From the NCBI GenBank assembly GCA_013265495.1, contig MU061326.1, forward strand, positions 2,294,001-2,358,000: DNA of 64,000 nt, given 5' to 3'. The translations under genes were made by a program, and so were the position numbers. Numbering within the stretch: the stretch's first letter is position 1; each line of letters opens with the position of its first letter. Below, in pieces: positions 50,561 to 64,000 of this stretch. This stretch comes from Vicugna vicugna (taxonomy: Eukaryota). Under the pieces are notes generated by a model that saw only the letters and a program-made list of their open reading frames with translations, did not search any database and was not told where the DNA came from.

Positions 50561-51169
50561 GACTTTCTATCTAAATCTGAGCATTTCTTTGGTTTAAGTG
50601 AACCGAATAGACTTTTTCCTTGTGATCTGGCTATCACCCTGGTGAACCTTGTTCGTTTTAGTCCGATATGTGGTTGAAATAACAAAGATCACCGCACGAT
50701 GGATGCCTGTGAAGTATTCTTCAAATGACCAGAAAATCAAAATGCAACCATAATGCAAATCGCAGGCAAACTTTTCATTGGGGAACATTTGGCAGAGGCC
50801 AGAACTTTAAAAGGCAAATATTATATTTAAGGAAATGGTCTGGAGTGAAAATGTCTATAGATACCATCAACAAAACTAGTAGAATCCCACTTGCCGGCTT
50901 CATTCTGTTCCTATTGTTAGCTCTACATCAAAAGCGAGATCTGATCTAGATTTGAAAAAAAAAAAAAAGTGTTTCCCAAGTCTGCTTTCCATTATCCCCA
51001 GCAAAATCTGTTTCAATATTCAAAACTCATGAAAACAGTGAAAAAAAAAAAAGCCAGCATAATTCCCTCTAGCTAAAAGTGCTTGAGGAATTTGCGGCAA
51101 GTCCTTGCTGAGAAAAATCGCATCGGCACTGAGCTCCTCTATTTTGCATTTTTAACCACCTGAAAAGTA

Positions 51170-51290
51170 TCCTGCACTTCGCTTTGGAGCCCGTCCTGGA
51201 CCGGGCGTGAGTCCACCGAGGAGCGAGGTTTTGCCAAGGCTGAGTTCACGTGCAGCCGCCCTCGCCCTCACGACGTCCACCGTGTTGGGC
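51170..51290. promoter_or_regulatory. Small CpG-rich patch with E-box
   Basis: About 13 CpGs in about 120 bp; CACGTG at 51247-51252. Confidence 0.3.
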
Positions 51291-51929
51291 TAGTGGGGGA
51301 GGGAGGCAAGGAGTTGACTTGATAACTAGGAAAGCTGGCCATCAAAAGGCTGCATGATTATTCGCAAATACTTTCTTCCTCATAAGTTCCTACCATCTGG
51401 CATTCAGTACAGTAGGATGAAAACTGTTTTTAGAGCAAAAATTGAATAATTAGAAAAGAAAAACTCCCTCCCCCCATGCCAAGATCAGCAGAAAAATCCT
51501 CCAAGGGATTAAATTGAATTCTCAGGCAAAGAATACTCTGCTTTGCTTTGATTTCAGATCAGTTTCTAATACTAGTTCTTAAATCAGATCTTAAATGTCG
51601 CTCAGTAAAGTCCAAAGAGTTTGTAAAAATACAAGTGAAGACTCTTGTAAATTTGTTTCCTTTCTTCATCCCCCAAGAACAGCTCCCCAGGGCTGGGGAT
51701 CTCTTTTGCAAGGTTATCTCGTTTTTCATCCAAGCAAGACCTTGCACGTGAGAATCTGACAATTCAAAAGAAGACCTACAGGCAGAAAATTCTGCTGTTT
51801 CTCTCAGAAGCCAAGGATCTAATACTTCTCAGACAGGAAAACCATTTTTTGCTTTCCATACTAAATGATTTTTTTTTCTGCCTTAAGGGTAAACTTCCCA
51901 GCCCCATTATTTATGATGGCTGGAAAAGG

Positions 51930-52790
51930 GCATTCATTTCTTTATTCACTGTCTCTGAGTGAAACAAACGCGGTCCCTACCCCATGATGTTTTCTAACCT
52001 ATTAGGAAAATAAACAATAACTACCAAATAACAAAACGTATTTTTAAATTATAAGCTGCAAAAAGGAAGTACCGTGTAATACCAGAATTTTAAGCAGTGT
52101 GATTTAATTTAGGCGATATGGCAGAGAGCATTCAAGAAAATGTTTACTTCCGATCTCCCAGCTCCTAAATCATTACTCACGAAGCTTCTTGTCATGAGTC
52201 CACCTGCTTTTCAGGAATGCTGTTGAAATGCTCATAAATGTGTATGGCTGGTGTGTAGATTACAAAACAGGAAGTGTCTTCAGCAGACATTCATTCAGCC
52301 AAGGGGAGAGAGACAATGAACAAGATAAAGAAATTAATGGTAAAGTCTGTTAGAAGGTGAAACACACTAAAGAGCAGGGTAAGGCCGGAGGGAGAGTGGG
52401 ACGCGCGATGTGCTTGGGGTGGGGGTGTTGCTACTTGGGGGTGAGATGTCAGGGAAGGCTCATGAGGAGGGGACATTCAAATAAAACCTACAAGTCGGGT
52501 GGAGCGGAGCCTTGTTTATGCCTAGGATTGGAGCAAGATGAGAGGCTGGAGATTTGGCAGAGGCCATGTCAGAGGGAGCTTGCTGGGTCGTGTTCAGGTT
52601 TTTAGATCCATTGGGAAAGACATAATCCGACTTACATTTTCAAAAGACTGCCTTGGCTGTTGTGCAGGGAGAGGGTAGGAGGGTGACAGAAGGAAACTGA
52701 GAGAGGTCATTGGAGAAAGCTCTGGAAATATTGTAGACAAAATGAGGCAGTAACTTGGGCTAGGTTCAGGTGAGCGGAGTTTGAGATGTT
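51930..52790 (-). mobile_element. L2 fragments
   Basis: cattcatttctttattcac...aaacaaacgcggtccctacc; gtcagggaaggctcatgaggaggggacatt; ttttcaaaagactgccttggctgttgtg. Confidence 0.65.
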
Positions 52791-55027
52791 TTAGAGGGAG
52801 GACCCCTTGTACGGAGTAACTGTGCTGATCCGGGGATGATGCGGAGAACACATCGACTTCCTGTGTTTGGTCCGGCCTCGCGCTGAGACGGCTTTGCTTG
52901 GCCTCCATCTTGGCTCACACGGTACAGGACTTAGAGCTGGCCAAGGTATATATTTTTACACTTTAGCTAAAAGTTATTGCAAGAGGTTTTCAGCCAGGTA
53001 CGTACTCCACGGGGAGATGTTGGGGAGCCTGGCCTGGCTGGAATGGAAAGGTTTACAGGCGTGCCTTTAGAAAGGTTAAACGTATAGAGAGTCTTTGGAA
53101 AGGCTGGAGCCTCGCACTGGCTGTGAGATGTTCACAGCATGAGAGGCAGTAACAACCTAGAATCTCTGGCTCCGTTGGACGAGGCAGGAGGCACAAATGT
53201 ATATGCAGAGGAGTCTGCCAATGCTTTATTGGAATTAAAAAAACTCAACTCCCCCCCTCTCCGCTCCAAACAGAACTGTTAATGCAGAAGTTTCTTCCTG
53301 CAGTTTTAAATACGTGCCAGTGAGGCTCACAATATCTAAAAGTAAGGTTTAAGCTGCTTGCTTTGTACTACTAGGAGCGCAAAGCACTGCTCCACCCTTA
53401 CATCCTGGGATCACACAATGTCAGAGGGGCCATTTCCGTGGGGACAGTGGCAGTTTGATTAAAGCTGTAACTGATGTTATTAACAAGCAAAATACGAGGA
53501 AGTCAATTGCATGATTCCACTGGGCTCGACTGGTAAGAGCTGACTGCAGCTCTGCGGTGGGACTGAGTGCCTTCGCTGGTAGGTTTGATCAAGCAGCTGA
53601 CATCGAAGGCAAAGATTAATCATTATGTAATAAGCACCACTCAGAATGAACTCCATCACAATCAAGAGAATAGAATGAATACAGTGTGGTATATTTATAA
53701 GATGAAAGTCAAGACTGCTATTGGAAGTAAGAAAAAAGTAAAAAAGTAGTGATCTGGAGAAAAAAATCAGGTTGATGTCTATGGCGTTGGCCCATTTTAA
53801 ATAAAATTGCACACACACACATACACATACAGAGAAAAACAAAGAGACAGAGAGAAAGAAAGGGAGACACGTAGAGAAAGACGAGGACAGAGACACAAAG
53901 AAAGAAAGACTAGAAGCAGTCATTCCTCTTTTGAAGAATTGAGGTGAATTTTCTTTTTAATAATCTATATTTTTTCTGAAGTTTCTCCATTGAACTGTAT
54001 TACCTTATGATAAGAAATAAGTGCATCAAATTACCACCCCCCAAATCGGGCCATTATACAAGACTACAAAGTGGAAAATAATATTTTTATGTTTTGACTC
54101 ATTCAATAGTCAGACCCTAAGTGTAAACTCTCTTAATTACTTTTTGTTAATAAGACACTGACATGGTCCATTCATGGCTGTTTTCTGTTCATGCTGTCCA
54201 CCACTGAAAAAACTTAACCCCAATCCCTCTGCTCCCTCAGGACCTGTCTTTCTAGAACTTCCACAGAAGTTACTACTTTTCATTTAAAATCATGGGGGAA
54301 AGTTTGCTGAGACCATAAAACCCTGAAGATCAGAGAAGAATATTTCAGATGGGAAATCTCTGAAACGGGAGTCTCCACCCGGACATATCCCAGCTTTGCA
54401 TAAATGAGTCCTGTGTCCTTGCAGGGAAAGCACTGCCAAGGGGGACCTTGGTCCCCGTGCTGAAAGGGACCGTTTGGAAGGATGGACTGGCAAGATCCCA
54501 CTTAAGACTCTTTTCATCCCTGAAATGGATTTGCATCCAGATTATAAAGCATGAAAACATAGAATCAAAGAGATGATCATACAACTGGTCTAGTTAGAGC
54601 TTCTGGTTTTAAAGATGAGAAAATACAAACTCAGTGAGAGTAGGTCACTTTCCTATGGTTCCAATACTACCAGTCGCAGCAACAGCAAAGTGACAAAGTC
54701 TTATACTTTGTCCATTTTAAAACAAACTGAACTCTGCATACATGGAGCTTAAAGAGTTCCTACAGCCAACATTCTTACAGACAGAGCATTCAAGGGAATA
54801 AAAGCTCCCAAAGTTAATAAACAAATGGAATGTAAGGAGAGGATGGTTTAAATATGGTTTAAAAAGAGAACAAAGATTAGGATAAGTCAGACAATTATCC
54901 TTTGGCTGGTCATAGTGGGAAATTTTTCACTTCTCTAGGGAAGATTTGTGGCCACTTCAGAATGCACAATGTGTTGCGATTACCCGACGTTCTATGAGTG
55001 TGCAGGGTAGGATTTATGATGGATAGT

Positions 55028-55220
55028 CCAGTGTTTCTTTTCTGATCACTTAATCCATAAGCATTGGGTGTAGTTGAGAACATTACTGATTCCTGGGATC
55101 CACCCAGGACCTATTGAATTAGAACCTTTAGGAGTTGTTTTTGATTGTCTGGAATTCCTACCAGCTCCTTGGGTGAGCCTCATGAGTGCAGAGCCTGAGA
55201 CCCAGTGATGTAATCCACAT
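55028..55220. mobile_element. MER5-like hAT remnant
   Basis: cagtgtttct...gattcctgggatccacccaggacctattgaattagaacctttagg...ctgagacccagtg. Confidence 0.55.
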
Positions 55221-55299
55221 ACCATGTTTGATTCTTCTCATTTTACTCACTCACATTCAAACATGGTGAATCAGTTTTCCTGATGACAAAATGATTTGA

Positions 55300-55920
55300 A
55301 TCCTTGCATTCCACTCAGCTTGTCATCACCATATTTGTTCCTGGACAGGGGCTGCCACTGGTTGAATCTTCTAGGCACATGTTATACCTCGAGTTCCCAG
55401 CCAAGGCCACTGCCAGAGCTCACATCATACTGCCATGTCTGTTATCTGACTTAGAGTTCTCCATCAACTTTGAAACTCTGAGTCCTTCCCCATGGCCAGG
55501 CAAGTACCAAGACCACTGCAATATCTTCACCTCCATTTCCTCCTTTCCATTCTCATTGTCACTAATTCAAACCCTCAGTCGTCTCATCTAAACAACGAAT
55601 AGCCCATCACTGGGGTACGTCTCTCCATCTCTTTTCCAATGATGACATCCACCGGGTTATCTTCCCAAAGACCAACTCCCATCATGTTTTGCCCTTTCTC
55701 ACGTGCTTTTGCTAGCTCATTCCTATAAGAGCAGCCAATTGAATTAGGACTAAGACCACTGACCTGGCTTTCAGCCCCCCTTATCTGACCCCAACCAATT
55801 TAGGCAGCCTAGATTATACTGTTGTCCTACTCACATCCACACTGAGCTTGTCCTTGCCTGCCGACATGCCTTTGCTTCTATTCTTAGAATAACAAGAACT
55901 TCCCTCATTTCTACTAGTCA
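55300..55920 (+). mobile_element. L2 fragment
   Basis: ttccattctcattgtcactaattcaaaccctcagtcgtctcatctaaac...ctgacctggctttcagcccccc. Confidence 0.55.
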
Positions 55921-58019
55921 AAATCTTAGGCATCATTTTTGACCTCTTTCAAAAGATGTCTCATCTGTAAGGCCTTTATTTTTTCCTCTGATGTAATATT
56001 CTCCAGCAATCCTCTGTATAGCCTTTGCTTTTTGTACCTCTCCTGGGAGAATTTCACATTTATCCTCATAAAAGTTATTTCCATAATTGTTTCATCATCT
56101 ACAAGAACTGAATCAGCATGTTTGCTACACACATTTTTTTCAGAATAAATATTGTTTTAAAAGTCATGTTTCTAGATGCCTTGTTCTCCTTTCTCAGCAT
56201 GTCAGGGACTTTCTGAGACCTGGGATAAATTTATCTTCCTCCAATAAGATGAGAAGAGGTTTTATGGACTGACAGTATACAACACACACATCAAACATTG
56301 GGGGCCACTGCACAAAGTAGCCCAGCCTCTAAGATGTATTTGTCACACTCATTCCCAAAACCTTGGAATATCTGTAGCCTTGAAATTCAAGAAATGGTGC
56401 TCGGTGGGAGTCCATTGCAGAACTGATTTTACTTCTCTCTAACATCTATTTTGGATATATGCCCAGGTGGATTGCTTACTCATCCCTGTAACTAGCCATA
56501 ATATTCAGCATCCAGAAGAGCAGAAAACCTCATTGGCTCCAACGTAGTAGAGTGGACGAACTTGTCCGTGATGTGTGGTGTGGCCATATTCCAGAAATCT
56601 GGATGGCTTTCAGCCTCAAGTTTACCATCAGTGGAGCTTTGTCTATTTTGTTGACTCGTTCCTTCTTTCCTTTTCTTTTTGTATATTTTTATTTTTCAGA
56701 TATCATTGACAAATTCTCTTTTCTTATTTATTCTATTTTTTTTCTTCCTTGAGAGCCATGTTCAGGGATCCTGAAATTTTCTCTACTCCCCCATCACCAC
56801 TACTGGTCCTTCAAGGACTACCTCTAGTCTACATCACTCACTACATCACCTTTCCACCCCTTCTAGACTCTCAGCTATTTGAAAGCAGGGACCACCTTAA
56901 CTAAGGTTCATATCCACTCAAGTGTAGAGCAGAGTGCTGGGATAAATTTCCTCTCAATACATATTTCTTAAATGAAAAGTCTGAGGTTGAGTGTTGACAT
57001 GAAGATTAAATGGAATGACACATGTAAAGTGCTGTACCCAACAAAGGAGTAGGGGTAAACAAAAACTGGTATCTAACAGGCTGGGTTGGCCCTCCCCTCT
57101 CCTCATAGTGATCCAAGCATCTTACTGTTCTTTTTCTGGTGGCCTAAGTCCAAAGCCCGCTCTTTGATTCCTTTGGTTTCCCATCCTAGGGACCCCAGCG
57201 ACACACTCACTGGCAGGCTTGTGGCTTGTGGGGAGGCATGGCAGTTCCGTAGGTGAACACACTAATAGGACACAGCTGTGAACAGCGACTCATTCCTCCT
57301 CCCAGCTTTTGCTGTGCTTGATACACAGGGGTCGGCAAGACAGAGTTGAATGCCATTAGACAATATGTGAAGAAGAAGTTGCCTCAGGAAGCCAAATTGT
57401 TTATATTCACTATTGTCAGACATGCCGTTGGATAAAGCTTTTAAGAAAAGCTTTCTCCTTTCCAAGAAATAAATCCTGTAAGTACTAGTGTCAAGTCTGC
57501 TGGCTCTTTTGTATGCAGTTTTGATTTTAACTAACTCTGAGAGAATATATTTTGCCCTTAAAAACTTTTCTTTCTACATAAGCTTAGAAAATTAGGTAGC
57601 TGCTGCCAGAAAGATTTTGAACATCCATCCCCAAGAATTTTCATGGGGAAGGATTCAGAATTCAAGATTTGCATACTTATTTCTTAATCAAGACATGTAG
57701 GCAGCATATACATTTATTCAATGACCTAACAATAGGATATTAACAACAAATTTCTTACTTTTGAATAGAACGACACCAGAGCAGATTAAAATCTTATGAC
57801 TCCAACTGCCTCCTGGGAGCAAATGTAACACTCGCAATCTTGAAAGAAACACAAAAGAAGAATTCCAAATTCATTGGTGTTGTATTTAGCCTCATACCAG
57901 AGCATAATACTCAATGTATCTTTAGAGATAATCTGCATGATATATGAATTATAGATTTAGCCCGCTCAGTCCTCCTCTGTTGTAATGATGTTATCTTTAT
58001 TTGACCCAAAACCAGAGAG

Positions 58020-58260
58020 ACAGTGTGACCTGATGGTTAAGAGCATGAACTCTGGACCCGATCTGGGGCCATCTGATTCCCAACTTTGACTTTTACTCCT
58101 CTACTCCTAGGAACCCATCAAATTACTCGATGTCTCCATCCTATCCTCTTTGTTGTTCATAAGATAAAGATGATCGTGGTGGTGATGATGATGATGATGA
58201 TGGTAATGACGACATTGTAAGATACTTACCTTATTATAAGATTGTTCTATGATAAATTTT
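58020..58260 (+). mobile_element. MIR SINE with (GAT)n tract
   Basis: gatggttaagagcatgaactctggacc; gatgatgatgatgatgatggt near 58185-58205. Confidence 0.6.
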
Positions 58261-58649
58261 AAGATGGAACAATTATTAAGTTCTACATGGGAACAAGGGA
58301 CACCTAACCCATTGAAGGTTTTTTAAAGAAGACTCCCTGTGGAGGCAACATAGGAACAAAATCTTGAAGGAAAAATAGTTAGGGGAGAGGGTGATTCAAG
58401 TGCCAAAGCAGCAGCTCTTGAGGAAACAGCTAGTAAAAAAGGCTGAGCAGGTGAGAACTGACAGATCATGTGCTGAGGGAGATTGTCTTGTTGACTTAAA
58501 GACCCTTGTCAGTCATGCAATGAACCTTTCATAGTTATCCAGACAATGGAGTCATTGGCATGCATGCGGACAATGAGTACACAATGCCCTAGTAACCCGT
58601 TATTTGTAATTCATGACCGTGAACCTCAAGCAAAGCCTTAATTATCTGA

Positions 58650-59850
58650 CACTACCATACTCTGTTCCCAAGCACATTGACTCTCCCACTCACTTGATTA
58701 TTACCTGGTATTTTCTCCTCTGTTCAACCTTCCACCCCCTCCTCCTCCATCCTCAGTCTCCACTGATAACCTTGCTTTCTGCTTTACTGGGGAACCAGAA
58801 GCAATGGGGGAAGAATGTTTACAAGTTCCTCTGCATCTACTCACTTCCACTATTTGCAGCTCTATCTCCATTTCTGCTTCCCTCTGTTTCCATGGATGGA
58901 CTGGCCAGCTCCGTCCACATCTAACCTCTCCACTTGTGCATCAGACACTATCGTCTCCACTCATTCAAAGACATTCCCCCAACCTTTCCTTCTGTCTCTC
59001 CTCCATCAGCAATCTTCCCCTCTCACACTGTCCCAGAGTAAATGCAAGTGGGCTGTTATTTCTTTGCATCTTAAAGAAACCTCTCTCCTGACCCTGCCTC
59101 ACTCCATCTACTGCCCTATTTCTTGCCTTCCTTTCACAGAGAAACTCTTGAGATAGTTGTCTTTTGCAGTGTCCAATTTCTCTCCTATTCTCTCTTAAAT
59201 CTGGTCCAGTTGGGCTCTCTCCTCAACCACTCTTCTAAAACTTCTCTGTCTAGGTGACCAATACCTTTCACTTTGTTAAATTCAATCACATGTCCTCTAT
59301 TATCACCATCTTAGGTGACCTGGAAGCAGAATTGGACACAATTGATGACTGTTTCATCCTTAAATCTTTGTGTTTGCTTGGCTTCCAGAATGCTCTGTGT
59401 GCCTGCTTTTCTTCTTCCCTCTCTAACCCCTTCTTTGCATCTCTTTTGTTGGTTCCTCCTTATCTACTGACATCATCCTGTTGAGTTCCCAGAGTTTTGA
59501 ACATCTCTGCACTCTTGGCAATCTCACTTTCTTGTCAAATTCTCCACATTTTGTATCTTTAGCCCAGACTTCTCCCTTGAATTCTGGACTCATCTATGCA
59601 GCCACCTACTTGATATCTTCTTTAGTTATTTAATGACACTTCAAACTCACCATGCTCCAAAGTGACCCATTAAGAACCCTGTTTTTCCCTGAGACCTCTC
59701 CATCTCATGAAAAGCCAAGCCCATTCTCCAGTTATACAAAATATTTACGCATCTCACATGTCTCTTCTTCACACCCCATGTCAAAAACGGCATATCCCTT
59801 TGATTCTACTTTTAAAAGAATTCCCAGAATCTGACTTCTTTCTACCCTGC
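58650..59850 (+). mobile_element. Long L2 ORF2 fragment
   Basis: ctaacctctccacttgtgcatcagac...ggtgaccaatacctttcactttgttaaattcaat...gcagaattggacacaattgatgac...cccagacttctcccttgaattctggactc...ttcaaactcaccatgctccaaa. Confidence 0.8.
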
Positions 59851-59929
59851 CCTTTCTCTTAATCTTTCCCTTTCTTTGCTTTACTGTTCTGGTAGGCTCT
59901 TGCTACCTCTTCATGGACCTTACAACCTA

Positions 59930-60211
59930 CAGTCAGCCCTCTATATCTGCAGGTTCAACCAACCAACAAATGAAAATATTCAGAAAAAAAAAATCCAGAA
60001 AGTTTTAAGAAACAAAACTTGAATTTGCCACACACTGGCAACTATTTACTAGCATTCACGTGGCATTAGGTCTTATAAGTAACCTAGAGATGATTTAAAG
60101 TATACAGAAGGAAGTGCCTAGGTTACATGCAAATACTCTGCCATTTATATAAGCGATCTGAGCATCCTTGGATTTGGGTACCCAGGGAGGTCATATACTG
60201 AGGGACAACTG
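59930..60211 (+). mobile_element. MER2-type TcMar-Tigger non-autonomous element
   Basis: ta|cagtcagccctctatatc...aaacttgaatttgcc...ctagagatgatttaaagtatac...tactgagggacaactg; terminal inverted repeats. Confidence 0.85.
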
Positions 60212-61029
60212 CACTTGTTTTGTGTACAGAATTTCTCCCTGACTAGTCCTAATTTGTTTTAGTCTCTCCTCCTAACCAAGGGGATTCTCTGCCTCTTTTA
60301 TTACACTTGTTACTCCAGTGACCTGCCTCTATTGAGGGCCACCTTGCACAGGGTAGACAGTCACTAGATGTTTATGCAGTGAATGCACACTTTTCATTCA
60401 TTTTCTTGTGTCTCCCAAGAGATGCCCAGTTTTGTGCTAAACTTTGTGTGTGGCTTCAATATGTAAGTCAGTGAATTTAGGAAAAAAGTTCACTTTTCTT
60501 AACATTCTTTCTCCAGCTTGTAGTTTGGTATTCATTATTTCATAAGTTTAGGTGACTTTTCTCTAAATTCATTCTTTTCCACGTACCCACAAGAAAGCAT
60601 AAGTAGCCGTCTCCTTACCACCCACATAGCTTTCTGGTGTGGCCCTTGATGGCTGGGAACAATGAGCGAGCTTAATATCATCTTCAGAGCTGGAAATTCC
60701 ATTGTGCATTCCATCATCAAGATCTCATACTAAAAAGACAGTGACTTCAGCTCTGGAGAACGCAATCACTTCCACTGATGTATGCAGAATAGCTTCCGTG
60801 TTTCCTTACCATTTATTTTCTCCAAGTAAGAGAGTTCCCCATATCTAATAAGGCATGTCTCTCTGCATTGACTAGTTTCAAATATGTGGTTGGTCTCTTA
60901 TGCTTCCTACTTGCTGCATGACATTTTGTTCTCAGGTATAGTGATTTTCAACTTCATTAATAGTCAGTGAATTAAAAGTTGTAGCATGTGTCTCCAAAAT
61001 TAGTAAATTTTTAACAATAATGCTTTTTT

Positions 61030-61560
61030 GTAACTGAAGGGTGTATGAAAAGGATACCTACATGCAGTGCTGTTGGCAGTTAGTTTTTCTGGGACAAAAA
61101 ATTTGTTTTAGAATTTTATTTTAAAAAACCTTAAAACAATCATATTTCCTGACCAAGTAACTTCAGTTTTAGAAAAATACCAAAGAAATTATTCACAAAT
61201 AACAAACAAAGTCCAAAGTGTGACTATTTGCATCACAGTGTCATTACTTTAATGACTAGAAACCAAGAACATGCCAATGAAGGAATGATAAAGTGAATGA
61301 TGGATTCTCCATATAAAACAATATTACAGTAGTCTTAAATCATGTTTATGAAGAGTTTTCAATGACATGAGGAAATGAGAACAATATAAATATAAAATTG
61401 AGTGTAAAAATAGGGCAGAAGGTTGCATATGCAATATGATCTTAACTTAAAAAAAAATGCATGGCATAAAAGAAACTTGGAAAATTTTTCAATGTGAATA
61501 GTGTGATTCCCAGGTGGGAAAAAGTAAATTGTTCTCAAAGTTTTAATAGTGTTTCAAAAT
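61030..61560 (+). mobile_element. Ancient L1ME-like 3' fragment
   Basis: aaaaccttaaaacaatcatatttcctgaccaagtaacttcagttttag...aatattacagtagtcttaaatcatgtttatgaagag. Confidence 0.6.
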
Positions 61561-61589
61561 TTTTAATCACTAAAAATACTGAACAAGTA

Positions 61590-61898
61590 CAGTCAGCCCT
61601 CTGGACCCACAAATTCCACACCCATGATTTCAACCAACTGCTGATCAAAAATATTTTTTAGAAAGTTCCAGAAACTTCCAAAAACAAAACTTGAATTTGC
61701 CAGCAACTATTTACTTAGCCATTTGCATTGTACTAGGCATTATAAATAATCTAGAGATGATTTAAAGTATGCGGGAGGATGTGCTAAGGTTACGTGTAAA
61801 TACTACACTACTTTATGTAAAGGACTTGACCATCCATGGATTTTGGTATCTGCAGGGGGTCCTGGAATCCATTCCATGCAGATACCAAGGGACGACTG
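61590..61898 (+). mobile_element. MER2-type TcMar-Tigger element with TA TSDs
   Basis: ta|cagtcagccctc...gataccaagggacgactg|ta; TA at 61588-61589 and 61899-61900. Confidence 0.9.
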
Positions 61899-63229
61899 TA
61901 CATTTTTATTTTAAAAAGTTTTCTTACCCTTTTCTTCATGGGTCATCGCGTCTAGTTTCCTCCCATCCCCTGGGAACCCTCCGGCTAGAGCCACAGAGAT
62001 TGGAGTTTGCCTCCAGTTGGTTTCATAAAACAAGTACATCCCACTGCTGCCTTCTGGTCACGAGTCCCTTTCAACCATCTTCTATGATTGGTCAAATAAA
62101 TGGATGCTAATATTCAACTCACTCTATTCATCACCCATGCATCAGGCTGTGCATGCACTGTCCCCCACTTTTGGCTAGATTCTTGTCCTTTCCTTGGGCC
62201 TCAGACAGCTCCTCTATGAAAGGGGTTGCTAACCTCGAAGGTATTCCTTTGCTACTTATAATTCCCCTGAGCCTCTTGCATTGCTTCAGGGATACACCTG
62301 GGGGTCACCTCCACCTCTAGGTTCACCCTTCCTTCCAGTCCATGTGATCTCTTCTTTCTTGGGGGAGACCATCATTCTCCCACTGCAAGCTTTATTCTTG
62401 GTGATTTCAGAAAGCAGAACTGGGATGTTATATTTCACATTCACAGAAGGGAGGACTTTCTAAAAATTAAAGCTGTGGAAAATGAAAAGAAGGATTCAGC
62501 ATATAGGAGTTGAGAGGGGGGAAAGGGGAGGAGAGAATTTCTGCATCGGATGGGAAGATGAAATGAACACAACCTGAAGTTCGTCCTCCAAGCGGGTTTC
62601 CTCCCCGGCATTCCTTCTGTGAGTCGAAGGGGGATCAGGTGAGGTGACCTATGAGGAAAGTGCTCTGTCAGGGTGTGGTCAGCCACTTCTGTTACCAAGT
62701 TGGGAGGGGAAAAGCCTGAGGAAACCCTGCAGAGATGGAGGAGGTTAAGCAAGGGGGCTGTTATCGTCATCTGGCCGGTCCCAGCAGAAGGACAGGATGA
62801 TCAACGAGGTTCCGAGGAGAGAGGATTTGTGACCAGAAGCACAGATGCTCATAAGGCTTTTCAAGGTTACAAAGAAGAAAGACAGTCAGGCTGTCTTCAG
62901 TAGCAAGATGCTATTGTGAGGTGTGGAGAGAAAGAGAAAGACGAGTCTCCATCAAGCAGGGGGTTTTCAGTGGTAACAACCAGAAATCTCCAGGGCACCT
63001 AGGATGATTGGTCATCTACCCAGGGTGTGAGCAGGAATAGTAGCTGTTACCCAGACCCTGCGACATGATTGAGGAACCTGTGGAGTTTTCTAGATCTATT
63101 GACTGAGAATCTGGTCACTCTTTCCCCCAGCGTTTCCACGGACACTGTATCAATGTCAATATCCACATATGCATATGCATTCACAGGCATATACATACAT
63201 ACATATGCATGAGTGTACTCCCTTGCAGG

Positions 63230-63530
63230 GCAGTGGAGGGTGATGATAACGGCTTGAAATCTGGAGCCAGACCACTTGGGCGATGCCACTTCCGATCTGC
63301 GTTAACTTGGGCAAGTACATTCACCTCCCTGTTTCCTCATCTCCCCATTTCCTCATCTGGAAAATAGAGAAAAGAATTTATTTATTTATTAAGGAGATTC
63401 TCCTCTTATCAAATGGTAGAGTTGCTACCTTAGAGATGCTGTGAGATTTAAGTGAGCTAACTGATGTAAAGTGTCCTTCGCATCGTGCCTGGCGTGTAAT
63501 ACACACTCGATTAATTTCTGCTATCATTAT
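63230..63530 (+). mobile_element. MIR SINE
   Basis: aaatctggagccagaccacttggg...taacttgggcaagtacattcacctccctgtttcctcatc...gtgagatttaagtgagctaac...gtgcctggcgtgtaat. Confidence 0.75.
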
Positions 63531-64000
63531 AAGCCATCTCGATTCCTTTCCCATCCTCTCCCATCGTACTGGCCCAGTTAATCTCTGGCCCCTGCTTCTC
63601 GCTTTCTGTCAACAGTCAGCTCTCTCTACAGGTCAAATTCCTATCCAGTTAATCATCACCATCTCTGCTGGACAGAGCTCTTGACACCAGACCACCCCCT
63701 AGGGCAACTGCTTAGTCCATAGGTTGGGCACACCCTTCGCTCAGTCCGCACTGTTAATAGTCATTAATAACACTTAAACAGCATGCTAGCAGAAGTAGCA
63801 GGGTCAGGCAGTCCCAGCTGGGCGTCCTCCAGTTTTCTACAATGAACTTGTATGTCACTGCATTTGTAATTAAGGGAAAGGTTATTTTAAAAGTAGGTTA
63901 TTTAAAAATAGTGTAAGTAGACCATGACCCTGCTTATTATGAAAGCTCTGGGTTCGGGAGCTTTACAAGTCATGCCTTCTGTCCATAGAAAAGGCCAGTG

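Noticed and set aside
50753-50760. Perfect octamer ATGCAAAT
   Set aside because: Several ATTTGCAT/ATGCAAAT copies are scattered through the window, including inside repeats, consistent with chance in AT-rich DNA.
52835-52886. C/D-box-like arrangement (ATGATG...CTGA)
   Set aside because: Box C is imperfect, there is no terminal stem, and it is too short. No rRNA complementarity was recognised.
53567-53749. Lys-rich 60-aa ORF superficially like a ribosomal protein pseudogene
   Set aside because: The DNA (gaatgaatacagtgtggtatatttataagatgaa) resembles an L1 3' region, and there are no ribosomal protein motifs.

Overview
Mammalian genomic DNA, almost certainly camelid (alpaca, llama or camel): it carries six copies of the tRNA-derived Vic-1-type SINE, plus cetartiodactyl-type L1 3' ends. 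I could not confidently recognise any protein-coding exon, tRNA, rRNA, miRNA or snoRNA gene. The window looks like intergenic or deep intronic sequence. It is densely filled with eutherian repeats (MIR, L2, L1M, CR1/L3, MLT1, MER21, an ERV1-type solo LTR, MER2, MER5) and interrupted by eight N-runs. Repeat family names come from recalled consensus resemblance, not from a database search, and boundaries without TSDs are approximate. The most interesting observations are modest and need checking: an old-looking L1 3' end inserted with a perfect 15-bp TSD inside a young SINE, a candidate 3-nt microexon, candidate minus-strand exon remnants at 3.5-5.7 kb, small CpG-dense patches, ETS/ETS-IRF motif clusters (one inside a MIR), and a near-perfect 166-bp tandem duplication. 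I found no convincing evidence of a new biological system.
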